Made by a program: the position numbers and the translations under genes. From positions 15,042,550-15,106,549 of the forward strand of contig CM082579.2 of the NCBI GenBank assembly GCA_040954595.2: DNA of 64,000 bases. Reading direction: 5' to 3'. The notes beneath the pieces were generated by a model. The model was not told the origin of the DNA. It did not search any database and saw only the letters and a list, made by a program, of their open reading frames with translations. Origin of the DNA: Balanoglossus misakiensis. Taxonomy: Eukaryota > Animalia > Hemichordata. Position 1 is the stretch's first letter; every line of letters begins with the position of its first letter. Positions 51,401 to 64,000 of the stretch are shown here, piece after piece.

Positions 51401-54400
51401 GCAAAATCTCAAAATTTCGTCGATTTTTGAATAAAAATCATGGGTGAAAATCATCAAAAAATGACAAATTTTCGACTTTGCAAAATCTCAAAATTTCGTC
51501 GATTTTTGAAAAAAAATCATGGTGAAAATCATCAAAAAATGACAAATTTTCGACTTTGCAAAATCTCAAAATGTCGTCGATTTTTGAAAAAAAATCATGG
51601 TGAAAATCATCAAAAAATGACAAATTTTCGTCTTTGCAAAATCTCAAAATTTCGTCCATTTTTGAAAAAAAATAATGGTTGAAAGTCATCAAAATATGAC
51701 AAATTTTCGACTTTGCAAAATCTCAAAATTTCGTCGATTTTTGAAAAAATCATTGGTGAAAATCATCAAAAAATGACAAATTTTCGATTATGCAAAATCT
51801 CAAAATTTCGTCGATTTTGAAAAAAATCATGGGTTCGTCTATTTTTAAAAAAAAACATGGGTGAAAATCATCAAAAAATGACAAATTTTCGACTTTGCAA
51901 AATCTCAAAATTTCGTCGATTTTGAAAAAAACCATTGGGGGAAAATCATCAAAAAATGACAAATTTTCGAGTTTGCAAAATCTCAAAATTTCGTCGATTT
52001 TGAAAAAAAAACATTGGGGGAAAATCATCAAAAAATTACAAATTTTCGACTTTGCAAAATCTCAAAATTTCGTCGATTTTTGAAAAAAATCATGGGTGAA
52101 AATCATCAAAAAATGACAAATTTTCGACTTTGCAAAATCTCAAAATTTCGTCGATTTTGAAAAAAATCATAGGTTCGTCGATTTTAAAAAAAAAACATGG
52201 GTGAAAATCATCAAAAAATGACAAATTTTCGACTTTGCAAAATCTCAAAATTTCGTCGATTTTTGAAAAAAAATCATGGGTGAAAATCATCAAAAAATGA
52301 CAAATTTTCGTCTTTGCAAAATCTCAAAATTTCGTCCATTTTTGAATAAAAATCATGGGTAAAAATCATCAAAAATGACAAATTTTCGTCTTTGCAAAAT
52401 CTCAAATTTTCGTCGATTTTTGAAAAAAAATCATGGTTGAAAATCATCAAAAAATGACAAAATTTTCGACTTTGTAAAATCAAAAAATTTCGTCGATTTT
52501 GAAAAAAATCATAGGTTCGTCGATTTTTAAAAAAAAAACATGGGTGAAAATCATCAAAAAATGACAAATTTTCGACTTTGCAAAATCTCAAAATTTCGTC
52601 GATTTTTGAAAAAAAATCATGGGTGAAAATTATCAAAAAATGACACATTTTCGATTATGCAAAATCTCAAAATTTCGTCGATTTTTGAATAAAAATCATG
52701 GGTGAAAATCATCAAAAAATGACAAATTTTCGACTTTGCAAAATCTCAAAATTTCGTCGATTTTTGAATAAAAATCATGGGTGAAAATCATCAAAAAATG
52801 ACAAATTTTCGACTTTGCAAAATCTCAAAATTTCGTCGATTTTTGAAAAAAAATCATGGTGAAAATCATCAAAAAATGACAAATTTTCGACTTTGCAAAA
52901 TCTCAAAATTTCGTCGATTTTTGAAAAAAAATCATGGTGAAAATCATCAAAAAATGACAAATTTTCGTCTTTGCAAAATCTCAAAATTTCGTCCATTTTT
53001 GAAAAAAAATAATGGTTGAAAGTCATCAAAAAATGACAAATTTTTGACTTTGCAAAATCTCAAAATTTCGTTCATTTTTAAAAAAAATCATGGGTGAAAA
53101 TCATCAAAAAATGACAAATTTTCGATTATGCAAAATCTCAAAATTTCGTCGATTTTGAAAAAAATCATGGGTTCGTCGATTTTTAAAAAAAAACATTGGT
53201 GAAAATCATCAAAATATGACAAATTTTCGACTTTGCAAAATCTCAAAATTTCGTCGATTTTTGAAAAAATCATGGGTGAAAATCATCAAAAAATGACAAA
53301 TTTTTCGACTTTGTAAAATAACAAAATTTCGTCGATTTTGAAAAAAATCATAGGTTCGTCGATTTTTAAAAAAAAAACATGGTTGAAAATCATCAAAAAA
53401 TGACAAATTTTCGTCTTTGCAAAATCTCAAAATTTCGTCCATTTTAAAAAAAAAACATGGGGCAAAATCATCAAAAAATGACAAATTTTCGACTTTGCAA
53501 AATCTCAAAATTTCGTCGATTTTTGAAAAAATCATGGGTTCGTCGATTTTTAAAAAAAAACATGGGTGAAAATCATCAAAAAATGACAAATTTTCGACTT
53601 TGCAAAATCTCAAAATTTCGTCGATTTTGAAAAAAACCATTGGGGGAAAATCATCAAAAAATGACAAATTTTCGAGTTTGCAAAATCTCAAAATTTTGTC
53701 GATTTTGAAAAAAAACCATTGGGGGAAAATCATCAAAAAATTACAAATTTTCGACTTTGCAAAATCTCAACATTTCGTCGATTTTTAAAAAAAATCATGG
53801 GTGAAAATCATCAAAAAATGACAAATTTTCGACTTTGCAAAATCTCAAAATTTCGTCGATTTTGAAAAAAATCATAGGTTCGTCGATTTTAAAAAAAAAA
53901 CATGGGTGAAAATCATCAAAAAATGACAAATTTTCGACTTTGCAAAATCTCAAAATTTCGTCGATTTTTGAAAAAAAATCATGGGTGAAAATCATCAAAA
54001 AATGACAAATTTTCGTCTTTGCAAAATCTCAAAATTTCGTCCATTTTTGAATAAAAATCATGGGTAAAAATCATCAAAAATGACAAATTTTCGTCTTTGC
54101 AAAATCTCAAATTTTCGTCGATTTTTGAAAAAAAATCATGGTTGAAAATCATCAAAAAATGACAAAATTTTCGACTTTGTAAAATCAAAAAATTTCGTCG
54201 ATTTTGAAAAAAATCATAGGTTCGTCGATTTTTAAAAAAAAAACATGGGTGAAAATCATCAAAAAATGACAAATTTTCGACTTTGCAAAATCTCAAAATT
54301 TCGTCGATTTTTGAAAAAAAATCATGGGTGAAAATTATCAAAAAATGACACATTTTCGATTATGCAAAATCTCAAAATTTCGTCGATTTTTGAATAAAAA

Positions 54401-57400
54401 TCATGGGTGAAAATCATCAAAAAATGACAAATTTTCGACTTTGCAAAATCTCAAAATTTCGTCGATTTTTGAATAAAAATCATGGGTGAAAATCATCAAA
54501 AAATGACAAATTTTCGACTTTGCAAAATCTCAAAATTTCGTCGATTTTTGAAAAAAAATCATGGTGAAAATCATCAAAAAATGACAAATTTTCGACTTTG
54601 CAAAATCTCAAAATGTCGTCGATTTTTGAAAAAAAATCATGGTGAAAATCATCAAAAAATGACAAATTTTCGTCTTTGCAAAATCTCAAAATTTCGTCCA
54701 TTTTTGAAAAAAAATAATGGTTGAAAGTCATCAAAATATGACAAATTTTCGACTTTGCAAAATCTCAAAATTTCGTCGATTTTTGAAAAAATCATTGGTG
54801 AAAATCATCAAAAAATGACAAATTTTCGATTATGCAAAATCTCAAAATTTCGTCGATTTTGAAAAAAATCATGGGTTCGTCTATTTTTAAAAAAAAACAT
54901 GGGTGAAAATCATCAAAAAATGACAAATTTTCGACTTTGCAAAATCTCAAAATTTCGTCGATTTTGAAAAAAACCATTGGGGGAAAATCATCAAAAAATG
55001 ACAAATTTTCGAGTTTGCAAAATCTCAAAATTTCGTCGATTTTGAAAAAAAACCATTGGGGGAAAATCATCAAAAAATTACAAATTTTCGACTTTGCAAA
55101 ATCTCAAAATTTCGTCGATTTTGAAAAAAATCATAGGTTCGTCGATTTTAAAAAAAAAACATGGGTGAAAATCATCAAAAAATGACAAATTTTCGACTTT
55201 GCAAAATCTCAAAATTTCGTCGATTTTTGAAAAAAAATCATGGGTGAAAATCATCAAAAAATGACAAATTTTCGTCTTTGCAAAATCTCAAAATTTCGTC
55301 CATTTTTGAATAAAAATCATGGGTAAAAATCATCAAAAATGACAAATTTTCGTCTTTGCAAAATCTCAAATTTTCGTCGATTTTTGAAAAAAAATCATGG
55401 GTGAAAATTATCAAAAAATGACACATTTTCGATTATGCAAAATCTCAAAATTTCGTCGATTTTTGAATAAAAATCATGGGTGAAAATCATCAAAAAATGA
55501 CAAATTTTCGACTTTGCAAAATCTCAAAATTTCGTCGATTTTTGAATAAAAATCATGGGTGAAAATCATCAAAAAATGACAAATTTTCGACTTTGCAAAA
55601 TCTCAAAATTTCGTCGATTTTTGAAAAAAAATCATGGTGAAAATCATCAAAAAATGACAAATTTTCGACTTTGCAAAATCTCAAAATTTCGTCGATTTTT
55701 GAAAAAAAATCATGGTGAAAATCATCAAAAAATGACAAATTTTCGTCTTTGCAAAATCTCAAAATTTCGTCCATTTTTGAAAAAAAATAATGGTTGAAAG
55801 TCATCAAAAAATGACAAATTTTTGACTTTGCAAAATCTCAAAATTTCGTTCATTTTTAAAAAAAATCATGGGTGAAAATCATCAAAAAATGACAAATTTT
55901 CGATTATGCAAAATCTCAAAATTTCGTCGATTTTGAAAAAAATCATGGGTTCGTCGATTTTTAAAAAAAAACATTGGTGAAAATCATCAAAATATGACAA
56001 ATTTTCGACTTTGCAAAATCTCAAAATTTCGTCGATTTTTGAAAAAATCATGGGTGAAAATCATCAAAAAATGACAAATTTTTCGACTTTGTAAAATCAC
56101 AAAATTTCGTCGATTTTGAAAAAAATCATAGGTTCGTCGATTTTTAAAAAAAAAACATGGTTGAAAATCATCAAAAAATGACAAATTTTCGTCTTTGCAA
56201 AATCTCAAAATTTCGTCCATTTTAAAAAAAAAACATGGGGCAAAATCATCAAAAAATGACAAATTTTCGACTTTGCAAAATCTCAAAATTTCGTCGATTT
56301 TTGAAAAAAAAATCATGAAAATCATCAAAAAATGACAAATTTTCGTCTTTGCAAAATCTCAAAATTTCGTCCATTTTTGAATAAAAATCATGGATAAAAA
56401 TCATCAAAAATGACACATTTTCGTCTTTGCAAAATCTCAAATTTTCGTCGATTTTTGAAAAAAAATCATGGTTGAAAATCATCAAAAAATGACAAAATTT
56501 TCGACTTTGTAAAATCACAAAATTTCGTCGATTTTGAAAAAAATCATAGGTTCGTCGATTTAAAAAAAAAAAACATGGGTGAAAATCATCAAAAAATGAC
56601 AAATTTTCGACTTTGCAAAATCTCAAAATTTCGTCGATTTTTGAAAAAAAATCATGGGTAAAAATCATCAAAAAATGACACATTTTCGATTATGCAAAAT
56701 CTCAAAATTTCGTCGATTTTTGAAAAAAAATCATGGGTGAAAATCATGAAAAAATGACACATTTTCGACTTTGAAAAATCTAAAAATTTCGTCGACTTTT
56801 GAAAAAAAATCATGGGTAAAAATCATCAAAAAATGACAAATTTTCGTCTTTGCAAAATCTTAAAATTTCGTCGATTTTTGAAAAAAATCATGGGTGAAAA
56901 TCATCAAAAAATGACAAATTTTCGACTTTGCAAAATCTCAAAATTTCGTCAATTTTTGAAAAAATCATGGGTAAAAATCATCAAAAAATGACAAATTTTC
57001 GTCTTTGCTAAATCTCAAAATTTCGTCGGTTTTTGAAAAATAATATGGGTGAAAATCATCAAAAAATGACAAATTTTCGACTTTGCAAAATCTCAAAATT
57101 TCGTCGATTTTTGAATAAAAATCATGGGTGAAAATCATCAAATAATGACACATTTTCGACTTTGCAAAATCTCAACATTTCGTCGATTTTTGAAAAAAAA
57201 TCATGGTGAAAATCATCAAAAAATGACAAAATTTTCGACTTTGTAAAATCACAAAATTTCGTCGATTTTGAAAAAAATCATAGGTTCGTCGATTTTTAAA
57301 AAAAAAACATTGGTGAAAATCATCAAAATATGACAAATTTTCGACTTTGCAAAATCTCAAAATTTCGTCGATTTTTGAAAAAATCATTGGTGAAAATCAT

Positions 57401-60400
57401 CAAAAAATGACAAATTTTCGATTATGCAAAATCTCAAAATTTCGTCGATTTTGAAAAAAATCATGGGTTCGTCGATTTTTAAAAAAAAACATGGGTGAAA
57501 ATCATCAAAAAATGACAAATTTTCGACTTTGCAAAATCTCAAAATTTCGTCGATTTTTGAAAAAAAATCATGGGTAAAAATCATCAAAAAATGACACATT
57601 TTCGATTATGCAAAATCTCAAAATTTCGTCGATTTTTGAAAAAAAATCATGGGTGAAAATCATGAAAAAATGACACATTTTCGACTTTGAAAAATCTAAA
57701 AATTTCGTCGACTTTTGAAAAAAATCATGGGTAAAAATCATCAAAAAAGGACAAATTTTCGACTTTGCAAAATCTCAAAATTTCGTCGATTTTTGAAAAA
57801 AAATCATGGTGAAAATCATCAAAAAATGACAAATTTTCGACTTTGCAAAATCTCAAAATTTCGTCGATTTTTGAAAAAAAATCATGGTGAAAATCATCAA
57901 AAAATGACAAATTTTCGTCTTTGCAAAATCTCAAAATTTCGTCCATTTTTGAAAAAAAATAATGGTTGAAAGTCATCAAAAAATGACAAATTTTCGACTT
58001 TGCAAAATCTCAAAATTTCGTCGATTTTTGAAAAAATCATGGGTGAAAATCATCAAAAAATGACAAATTTTTCGACTTTGTAAAATCACAAAATTTCGTC
58101 GATTTTGAAAAAAATCATAGGTTCGTCGATTTTTAAAAAAAAAACATGGTTGAAAATCATCAAAAAATGACAAATTTTCGTCTTTGCAAAATCTCAAAAT
58201 TTCGTCCATTTTAAAAAAAAAACATGGGGCAAAATCATCAAAAAATGACAAATTTTCGACTTTGCAAAATCTCAAAATTTCGTCGATTTTTGAAAAAAAA
58301 ATCATGAAAATCATCAAAAAATGACAAATTTTCGTCTTTGCAAAATCTCAAAATTTCGTCCATTTTTGAATAAAAATCATGGGTGAAAATCATCAAATAA
58401 TGACACATTTTCGACTTTGCAAAATCTCAACATTTCGTCGATTTTTGAAAAAAAATCATGGTGAAAATCATCAAAAAATGACAAAATTTTCGACTTTGTA
58501 AAATCACAAAATTTCGTCGATTTTGAAAAAAATCATAGGTTCGTCGATTTTTAAAAAAAAAACATTGGTGAAAATCATCAAAATATGACAAATTTTCGAC
58601 TTTGCAAAATCTCAAAATTTCGTCGATTTTTGAAAAAATCATTGGTGAAAATCATCAAAAAATGACAAATTTTCGATTATGCAAAATCTCAAAATTTCGT
58701 CGATTTTTGAAAAAAAATCATGGGTGAAAATCATGAAAAAATGACACATTTTCGACTTTGAAAAATCTAAAAATTTCGTCGACTTTTGAAAAAAAATCAT
58801 GGGTAAAAATCATCAAAAAATGACAAATTTTCGTCTTTGCAAAATCTTAAAATTTCGTCGATTTTTGAAAAAAATCATGGGTGAAAATCATCAAAAAATG
58901 ACAAATTTTCGACTTTGCAAAATCTCAAAATTTCGTCAATTTTTGAAAAAATCATGGGTTCGTCGATTTTTAAAAAAAAAACATTGGTGAAAATCATCAA
59001 AATATGACAAATTTTCGACTTTGCAAAATCTCAAAATTTCGTCGATTTTTGAAAAAATCATTGGTGAAAATCATCAAAAAATGACAAATTTTCGACTTTG
59101 CAAAATCTCAAAATTTCGTCCATTTTTGAATAAAAATCATGGGTGAAAATCATCAAATAATGACACATTTTCGACTTTGCAAAATCTCAACATTTCGTCG
59201 ATTTTTGAAAAAAAATCATGGTGAAAATCATCAAAAAATGACAAAATTTTCGACTTTGTAAAATCACAAAATTTCGTCGATTTTGAAAAAAATCATAGGT
59301 TCGTCGATTTTTAAAAAAAAAACATTGGTGAAAATCATCAAAATATGACAAATTTTCGACTTTGCAAAATCTCAAAATTTCGTCGATTTTTGAAAAAATC
59401 ATTGGTGAAAATCATCAAAAAATGACAAATTTTCGATTATGCAAAATCTCAAAATTTCGTCGATTTTGAAAAAAATCATGGGTTCGTCGATTTTTAAAAA
59501 AAAACATGGGTGAAAATCATCAAAAAATGACAAATTTTCGACTTTGCAAAATCTCAAAATTTCGTCGATTTTTGAAAAAAAATCATGGGTAAAAATCATC
59601 AAAAAATGACACATTTTCGATTATGCAAAATCTCAAAATTTCGTCGATTTTTGAAAAAAAATCATGGGTGAAAATCATGAAAAAATGACACATTTTCGAC
59701 TTTGAAAAATCTAAAAATTTCGTCGACTTTTGAAAAAAAATCATGGGTAAAAATCATCAAAAAATGACAAATTTTCGTCTTTGCAAAATCTTAAAATTTC
59801 GTCGATTTTTGAAAAAAATCATGGGTGAAAATCATCAAAAAATGACAAATTTTCGACTTTGCAAAATCTCAAAATTTCGTCAATTTTTGAAAAAATCATG
59901 GGTAAAAATCATCAAAAAATGACAAATTTTCGTCTTTGCTAAATCTCAAAATTTCGTCGGTTTTTGAAAAATAATATGGGTGAAAATCATCAAAAAATGA
60001 CAAATTTTCGACTTTGCAAAATCTCAAAATTTCGTCGATTTTTGAATAAAAATCATGGGTGAAAATCATCAAAAAATGACACATTTTCGACTTTGCAAAA
60101 TCTCAACATTTCGTCGATTTTTGAAAAAAAATCATGGTGAAAATCATCAAAAAATGACAAAATTTTCGACTTTGTAAAATCACAAAATTTCGTCGATTTT
60201 GAAAAAAATCATAGGTTCGTCGATTTTTAAAAAAAAAACATTGGTGAAAATCATCAAAATATGACAAATTTTCGACTTTGCAAAATCTCAAAATTTCGTC
60301 GATTTTTGAAAAAATCATTGGTGAAAATCATCAAAAAATGACAAATTTTCGACTTTGCAAAATCTCAAAATTTCGTCCATTTTAAAAAAAAAACATGGGG

Positions 60401-63400
60401 CAAAATCATCAAAAAATGACAAATTTTCGACTTTGCAAAATCTCAAAATTTCGTCGATTTTTGAAAAAATCATTGGTGAAAATCATCAAAAAATGACAAA
60501 TTTTCGATTATGCAAAATCTCAAAATTTCGTCGATTTTGAAAAAAATCATGGGTTCGTCGATTTTTAAAAAAAAACATGGGTGAAAATCATCAAAAAATG
60601 ACAAATTTTCGACTTTGCAAAATCTCAAAATTTCGTCGATTTTTGAAAAAAAATCATGGGTAAAAATCATCAAAAAATGACACATTTTCGATTATGCAAA
60701 ATCTCAAAATTTCGTCGATTTTTGAAAAAAAATCATGGGTGAAAATCATGAAAAAATGACACATTTTCGACTTTGAAAAATCTAAAAATTTCGTCGACTT
60801 TTGAAAAAAAATCATGGGTAAAAATCATCAAAAAATGACAAATTTTCGTCTTTGCAAAATCTTAAAATTTCGTCGATTTTTGAAAAAAATCATGGGTGAA
60901 AATCATCAAAAAATGACAAATTTTCGACTTTGCAAAATCTCAAAATTTCGTCAATTTTTGAAAAAATCATGGGTAAAAATCATCAAAAAATGACAAATTT
61001 TCGTCTTTGCTAAATCTCAAAATTTCGTCGGTTTTTGAAAAATAATATGGGTGAAAATCATCAAAAAATGACAAATTTTCGACTTTGCAAAATCTCAAAA
61101 TTTCGTCGATTTTTGAATAAAAATCATGGGTGAAAATCATCAAAAAATGACACATTTTCGACTTTGCAAAATCTCAACATTTCGTCGATTTTTGAAAAAA
61201 AATCATGGTGAAAATCATCAAAAAATGACAAATTTTCGACTTTGCAAAATCTCAAAATTTCGTCGATTTTTGAATAAAAATCATGGGTGAAAATCATCAA
61301 AAAATGACACATTTTCGACTTTGCAAAATCTCAACATTTCGTCGATTTTTGAAAAAAAATCATGGTGAAAATCATCAAAAAATGACAAAATTTTCGACTT
61401 TGTAAAATCACAAAATTTCGTCGATTTTGAAAAAAATCATAGGTTCGTCGATTTTTAAAAAAAAAACATTGGTGAAAATCATCAAAATATGACAAATTTT
61501 CGACTTTGCAAAATCTCAAAATTTCGTCGATTTTTGAAAAAATCATTGGTGAAAATCATCAAAAAATGACAAATTTTCGACTTTGCAAAATCTCAAAATT
61601 TCGTCCATTTTTGAAAAAAAATCATGGGTAAAAATCATCAAAAAATGACAAATTTTCGTCTTTGCAAAATCTCAAAATTTCGTCCATTTAAAAAAAAACA
61701 TGGGGGAAAATCATCAAAAAATGACACATTTTCGATTATGCAAAATCTCAAAATTTCGTCGATTTTTGAAAAAAAATCATGGGTGAAAATCATGAAAAAA
61801 TGACACATTTTCGACTTTGAAAAATCTAAAAATTTCGTCGACTTTTGAAAAAAAATCATGGGTGAAAATCATCAAAAAATGACAAATTTTCGTCTTTGCA
61901 AAATCTCAAAATTTCGTCCATTTTTGAATAAAAATCATGGGTAAAAATCATCAAAAATGACAAATTTTCGTCTTTGCAAAATCTCAAATTTTCGTCGATT
62001 TTTGAAAAAAAATCATGGTTGAAAATCATCAAAAAATGACAAAATTTTCGACTTTGTAAAATCACAAAATTTCGTCGATTTTGAAAAAAATCATAGGTTC
62101 GTCGATTTTTAAAAAAAAAACATGGGTGAAAATCATCAAAAAATGACAAATTTTCGACTTTGCAAAATCTCAAAATTTCGTCGATTTTTGAAAAAAAAAT
62201 CATGGGTAAAAATCATCAAAAAATGACACATTTTCGATTATGCAAAATCTCAAAATTTCGTCGATTTTTGAAAAAAAATCATGGGTGAAAATCATGAAAA
62301 AATGACACATTTTCGACTTTGAAAAATCTAAAAATTTCGTCGGTTTTTGAAAAAAAATCATGGGTAAAAATCATCAAAAAATGACAAATTTTCGTCTTTG
62401 CAAAATCTTAAAATTTCGCCGATTTTTGAAAAAAATCATGGGTGAAAATCATCAAAAAATGACAAATTTTCGACTTTGCAAAATCTCAAAATTTCGTCAA
62501 TTTTTGAAAAAATCATGGGTAAAAATCATCAAAAAATGACAAATTTTCGTCTTTGCTAAATCTCAAAATTTCGTCGGTTTTTGAAAAATAATATGGGCGA
62601 AAATCATCAAAAAATGACAAATTTTCGACTTTGCAAAATCTCAAAATTTCGTCGATTTTTGAATAAAAATCATGGGTGAAAATCATCAAAAAATGACACA
62701 ATTTCGACTTTGCAAAATCTCAACATTTCGTCGATTTTTGAAAAAAAATCATGGTGAAAATCATCAAAAAATGACAAAATTTTCGACTTTGTAAAATCAC
62801 AAAATTTCGTCGATTTTGAAAAAAAAATCATAGGTTCGTCGATTTTTAAAAAAAAAAAACATTGGTGAAAATCATCAAAATATGACAAATTTTCGACTTT
62901 GCAAAATCTCAAAATTTCGTCGATTTTTGAAAAAATCATGGGTGAAAATCATCAAAAAATGACAAATTTTCAACTTTGCAAAATCTCAAAATTTCGTCGA
63001 TTTTTGAAAAAAAATCATGGTGAAAATCATCAAAAAATGACAAAATTTTAAACTTTGTAAAATCACAAAATTTCGTCGATTTTGAAAAAAATCATAGGTT
63101 CGTCGATTTTAAAAAAAAAACATTGGTGAAAATCATCAAAAAATGACAAATTTTCGTCTTTGCAAAATCTCAAAATTTCGTCCATTTTTGAAAAAAAATC
63201 ATGGGTAAAAATCATCAAAAAATGACAAATTTTCGTTTTTGCAAAATCTCAAAATTTCGTCCATTTTAAAAAAAAAACATGGGGGAAAATCATCAAAAAA
63301 TGACAAATTTTCGACTTTGCAAAATCTCAAAATTTCGTCCATTTTTGAAAAAAAATCATGGGTAAAAATCATCAAAAAATGACAAATTTTCGTCTTTGCA

Positions 63401-64000
63401 AAATCTCAAAATTTCGTCCATTTAAAAAAAAACATGGGGGAAAATCATCAAAAAATGACACATTTTCGATTATGCAAAATCTCAAAATTTCGTGGATTTT
63501 TGAAAAAAAATCATGGGTGAAAATCATGAAAAAATGACACATTTTCGACTTTGAAAAATCTAAAAATTTCGTCGACTTTTGAAAAAAAAACATGGGTAAA
63601 AATCATCAAAAAATGACAAATTTTCGTCTTTGCAAAATCTTAAAATTTCGTCGATTTTTGAAAAAAATCATGGGTGAAAATCATTAAAAAATGACAAATT
63701 TTCGACTTTGCAAAATCTCAAAATTTCGTCAATTTTTGAAAAAATCATGGGTAAAAATCATCAAAAAATGACAAATTTTCGTCTTTGCTAAATCTCAAAA
63801 TTTCGTCGGTTTTTGAAAAATAATATGGGTGAAAATCATCAAAAAATGACAAATTTTCGACTTTGCAAAATCTCAAAATTTCGTCGATTTTTGAATAAAA
63901 ATCATGGGTGAAAATCATCAAAAAATGACACATTTTCGACTTTGCAAAATCTCAAAATTTCGTCGATTTTTGAAAAAAAATCATGGGTGAAAATCATGAA
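44031..64000. repeat. Satellite variant domain C
   Basis: New markers: CATGGTGAAA (one G lost), CATTGGTG...AAAATATGAC, AAATAATGGTTGAAAGTC, CATGGGGC, ATCATGAAAATC (4-bp deletion), GAAAATTATC, CGTCGACTTTTG. No 42-bp unit seen. Confidence 0.8.
44680..52750. repeat. Tandem duplication / HOR, period 3695 bp, ~2.2 copies
   Basis: More than ten ORF pairs at exactly 3695 (44700/48395/52090, 46003/49698, 48055/51750). Private TCAAGGGT at 46406 and 50101. Confidence 0.93.

Larger units (their letters stand above)
1..64000. repeat. AT-rich tandem satellite array, ~78-bp monomer, ~800 head-to-tail copies, running off both window edges
   Basis: The motif CATGGGTGAAAATCATCAAAAAATGACAAATTTTCGACTTTGCAAAATCTCAAAATTTCGTCGATTTTTGA(6-9)T recurs throughout (e.g. 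starts at 311 and 389, period 78). I saw no unique sequence or orientation switch. Copy number is estimated from length divided by mean unit size. Confidence 0.99.

Noticed and set aside
33-63933. All ORFs in the six-frame track (60-175 aa, rich in F, K, D)
   Set aside because: They are translations of the satellite in various frames on both strands, shift frame at homopolymers and contain no recognisable domain. I used them only as markers for duplication offsets.
1-64000. CRISPR-like array (palindromic repeat plus variable spacer)
   Set aside because: The spacers are point and indel variants of one ~22-bp sequence, not unique acquired DNA. There is no leader or cas gene, and the variation is explained by block duplication.
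1-64000. Transposon insertion, inversion, telomeric repeat, rDNA or tRNA
   Set aside because: No non-satellite sequence, strand switch, TTAGGG/TTTAGGG-type run or structural RNA motif was seen on reading.

Overview
The whole 64 kb window is one uninterrupted, single-orientation tandem satellite DNA array, most likely eukaryotic centromeric, pericentromeric or other heterochromatic satellite. I cannot assign the organism or family. The basic monomer is 77-80 bp, with 78-bp consensus CATGGGTGAAAATCATCAAAAAATGACAAATTTTCGACTTTGCAAAATCTCAAAATTTCGTCGATTTTTGAAAAAAAT (about 27% GC), in roughly 800 copies. Two structural variants recur: a ~105-107 bp unit with an internal ~27-bp duplication, and a ~42-bp truncated unit. 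No credible gene, RNA gene, transposon or CRISPR array is present, and every ORF in the track is a translation of the repeat. The interesting structure is architectural. (1) About 56 of the 78 bp form an imperfect palindrome centred on TTTG|CAAA. (2) Monomer variants are arranged into nested higher-order repeats with periods 391, 727, 762, 1158, 1303, 1538, 1779, 2189, 3688, 3695 and 4373 bp. (3) These fall into variant domains A-B-A-B-C, which point to an older ~21-22 kb tandem duplication with its junction near 23.34 kb. Private mutations appear enriched at both window ends. Boundaries were placed by eye and from ORF-track offsets and are approximate to within about one monomer.
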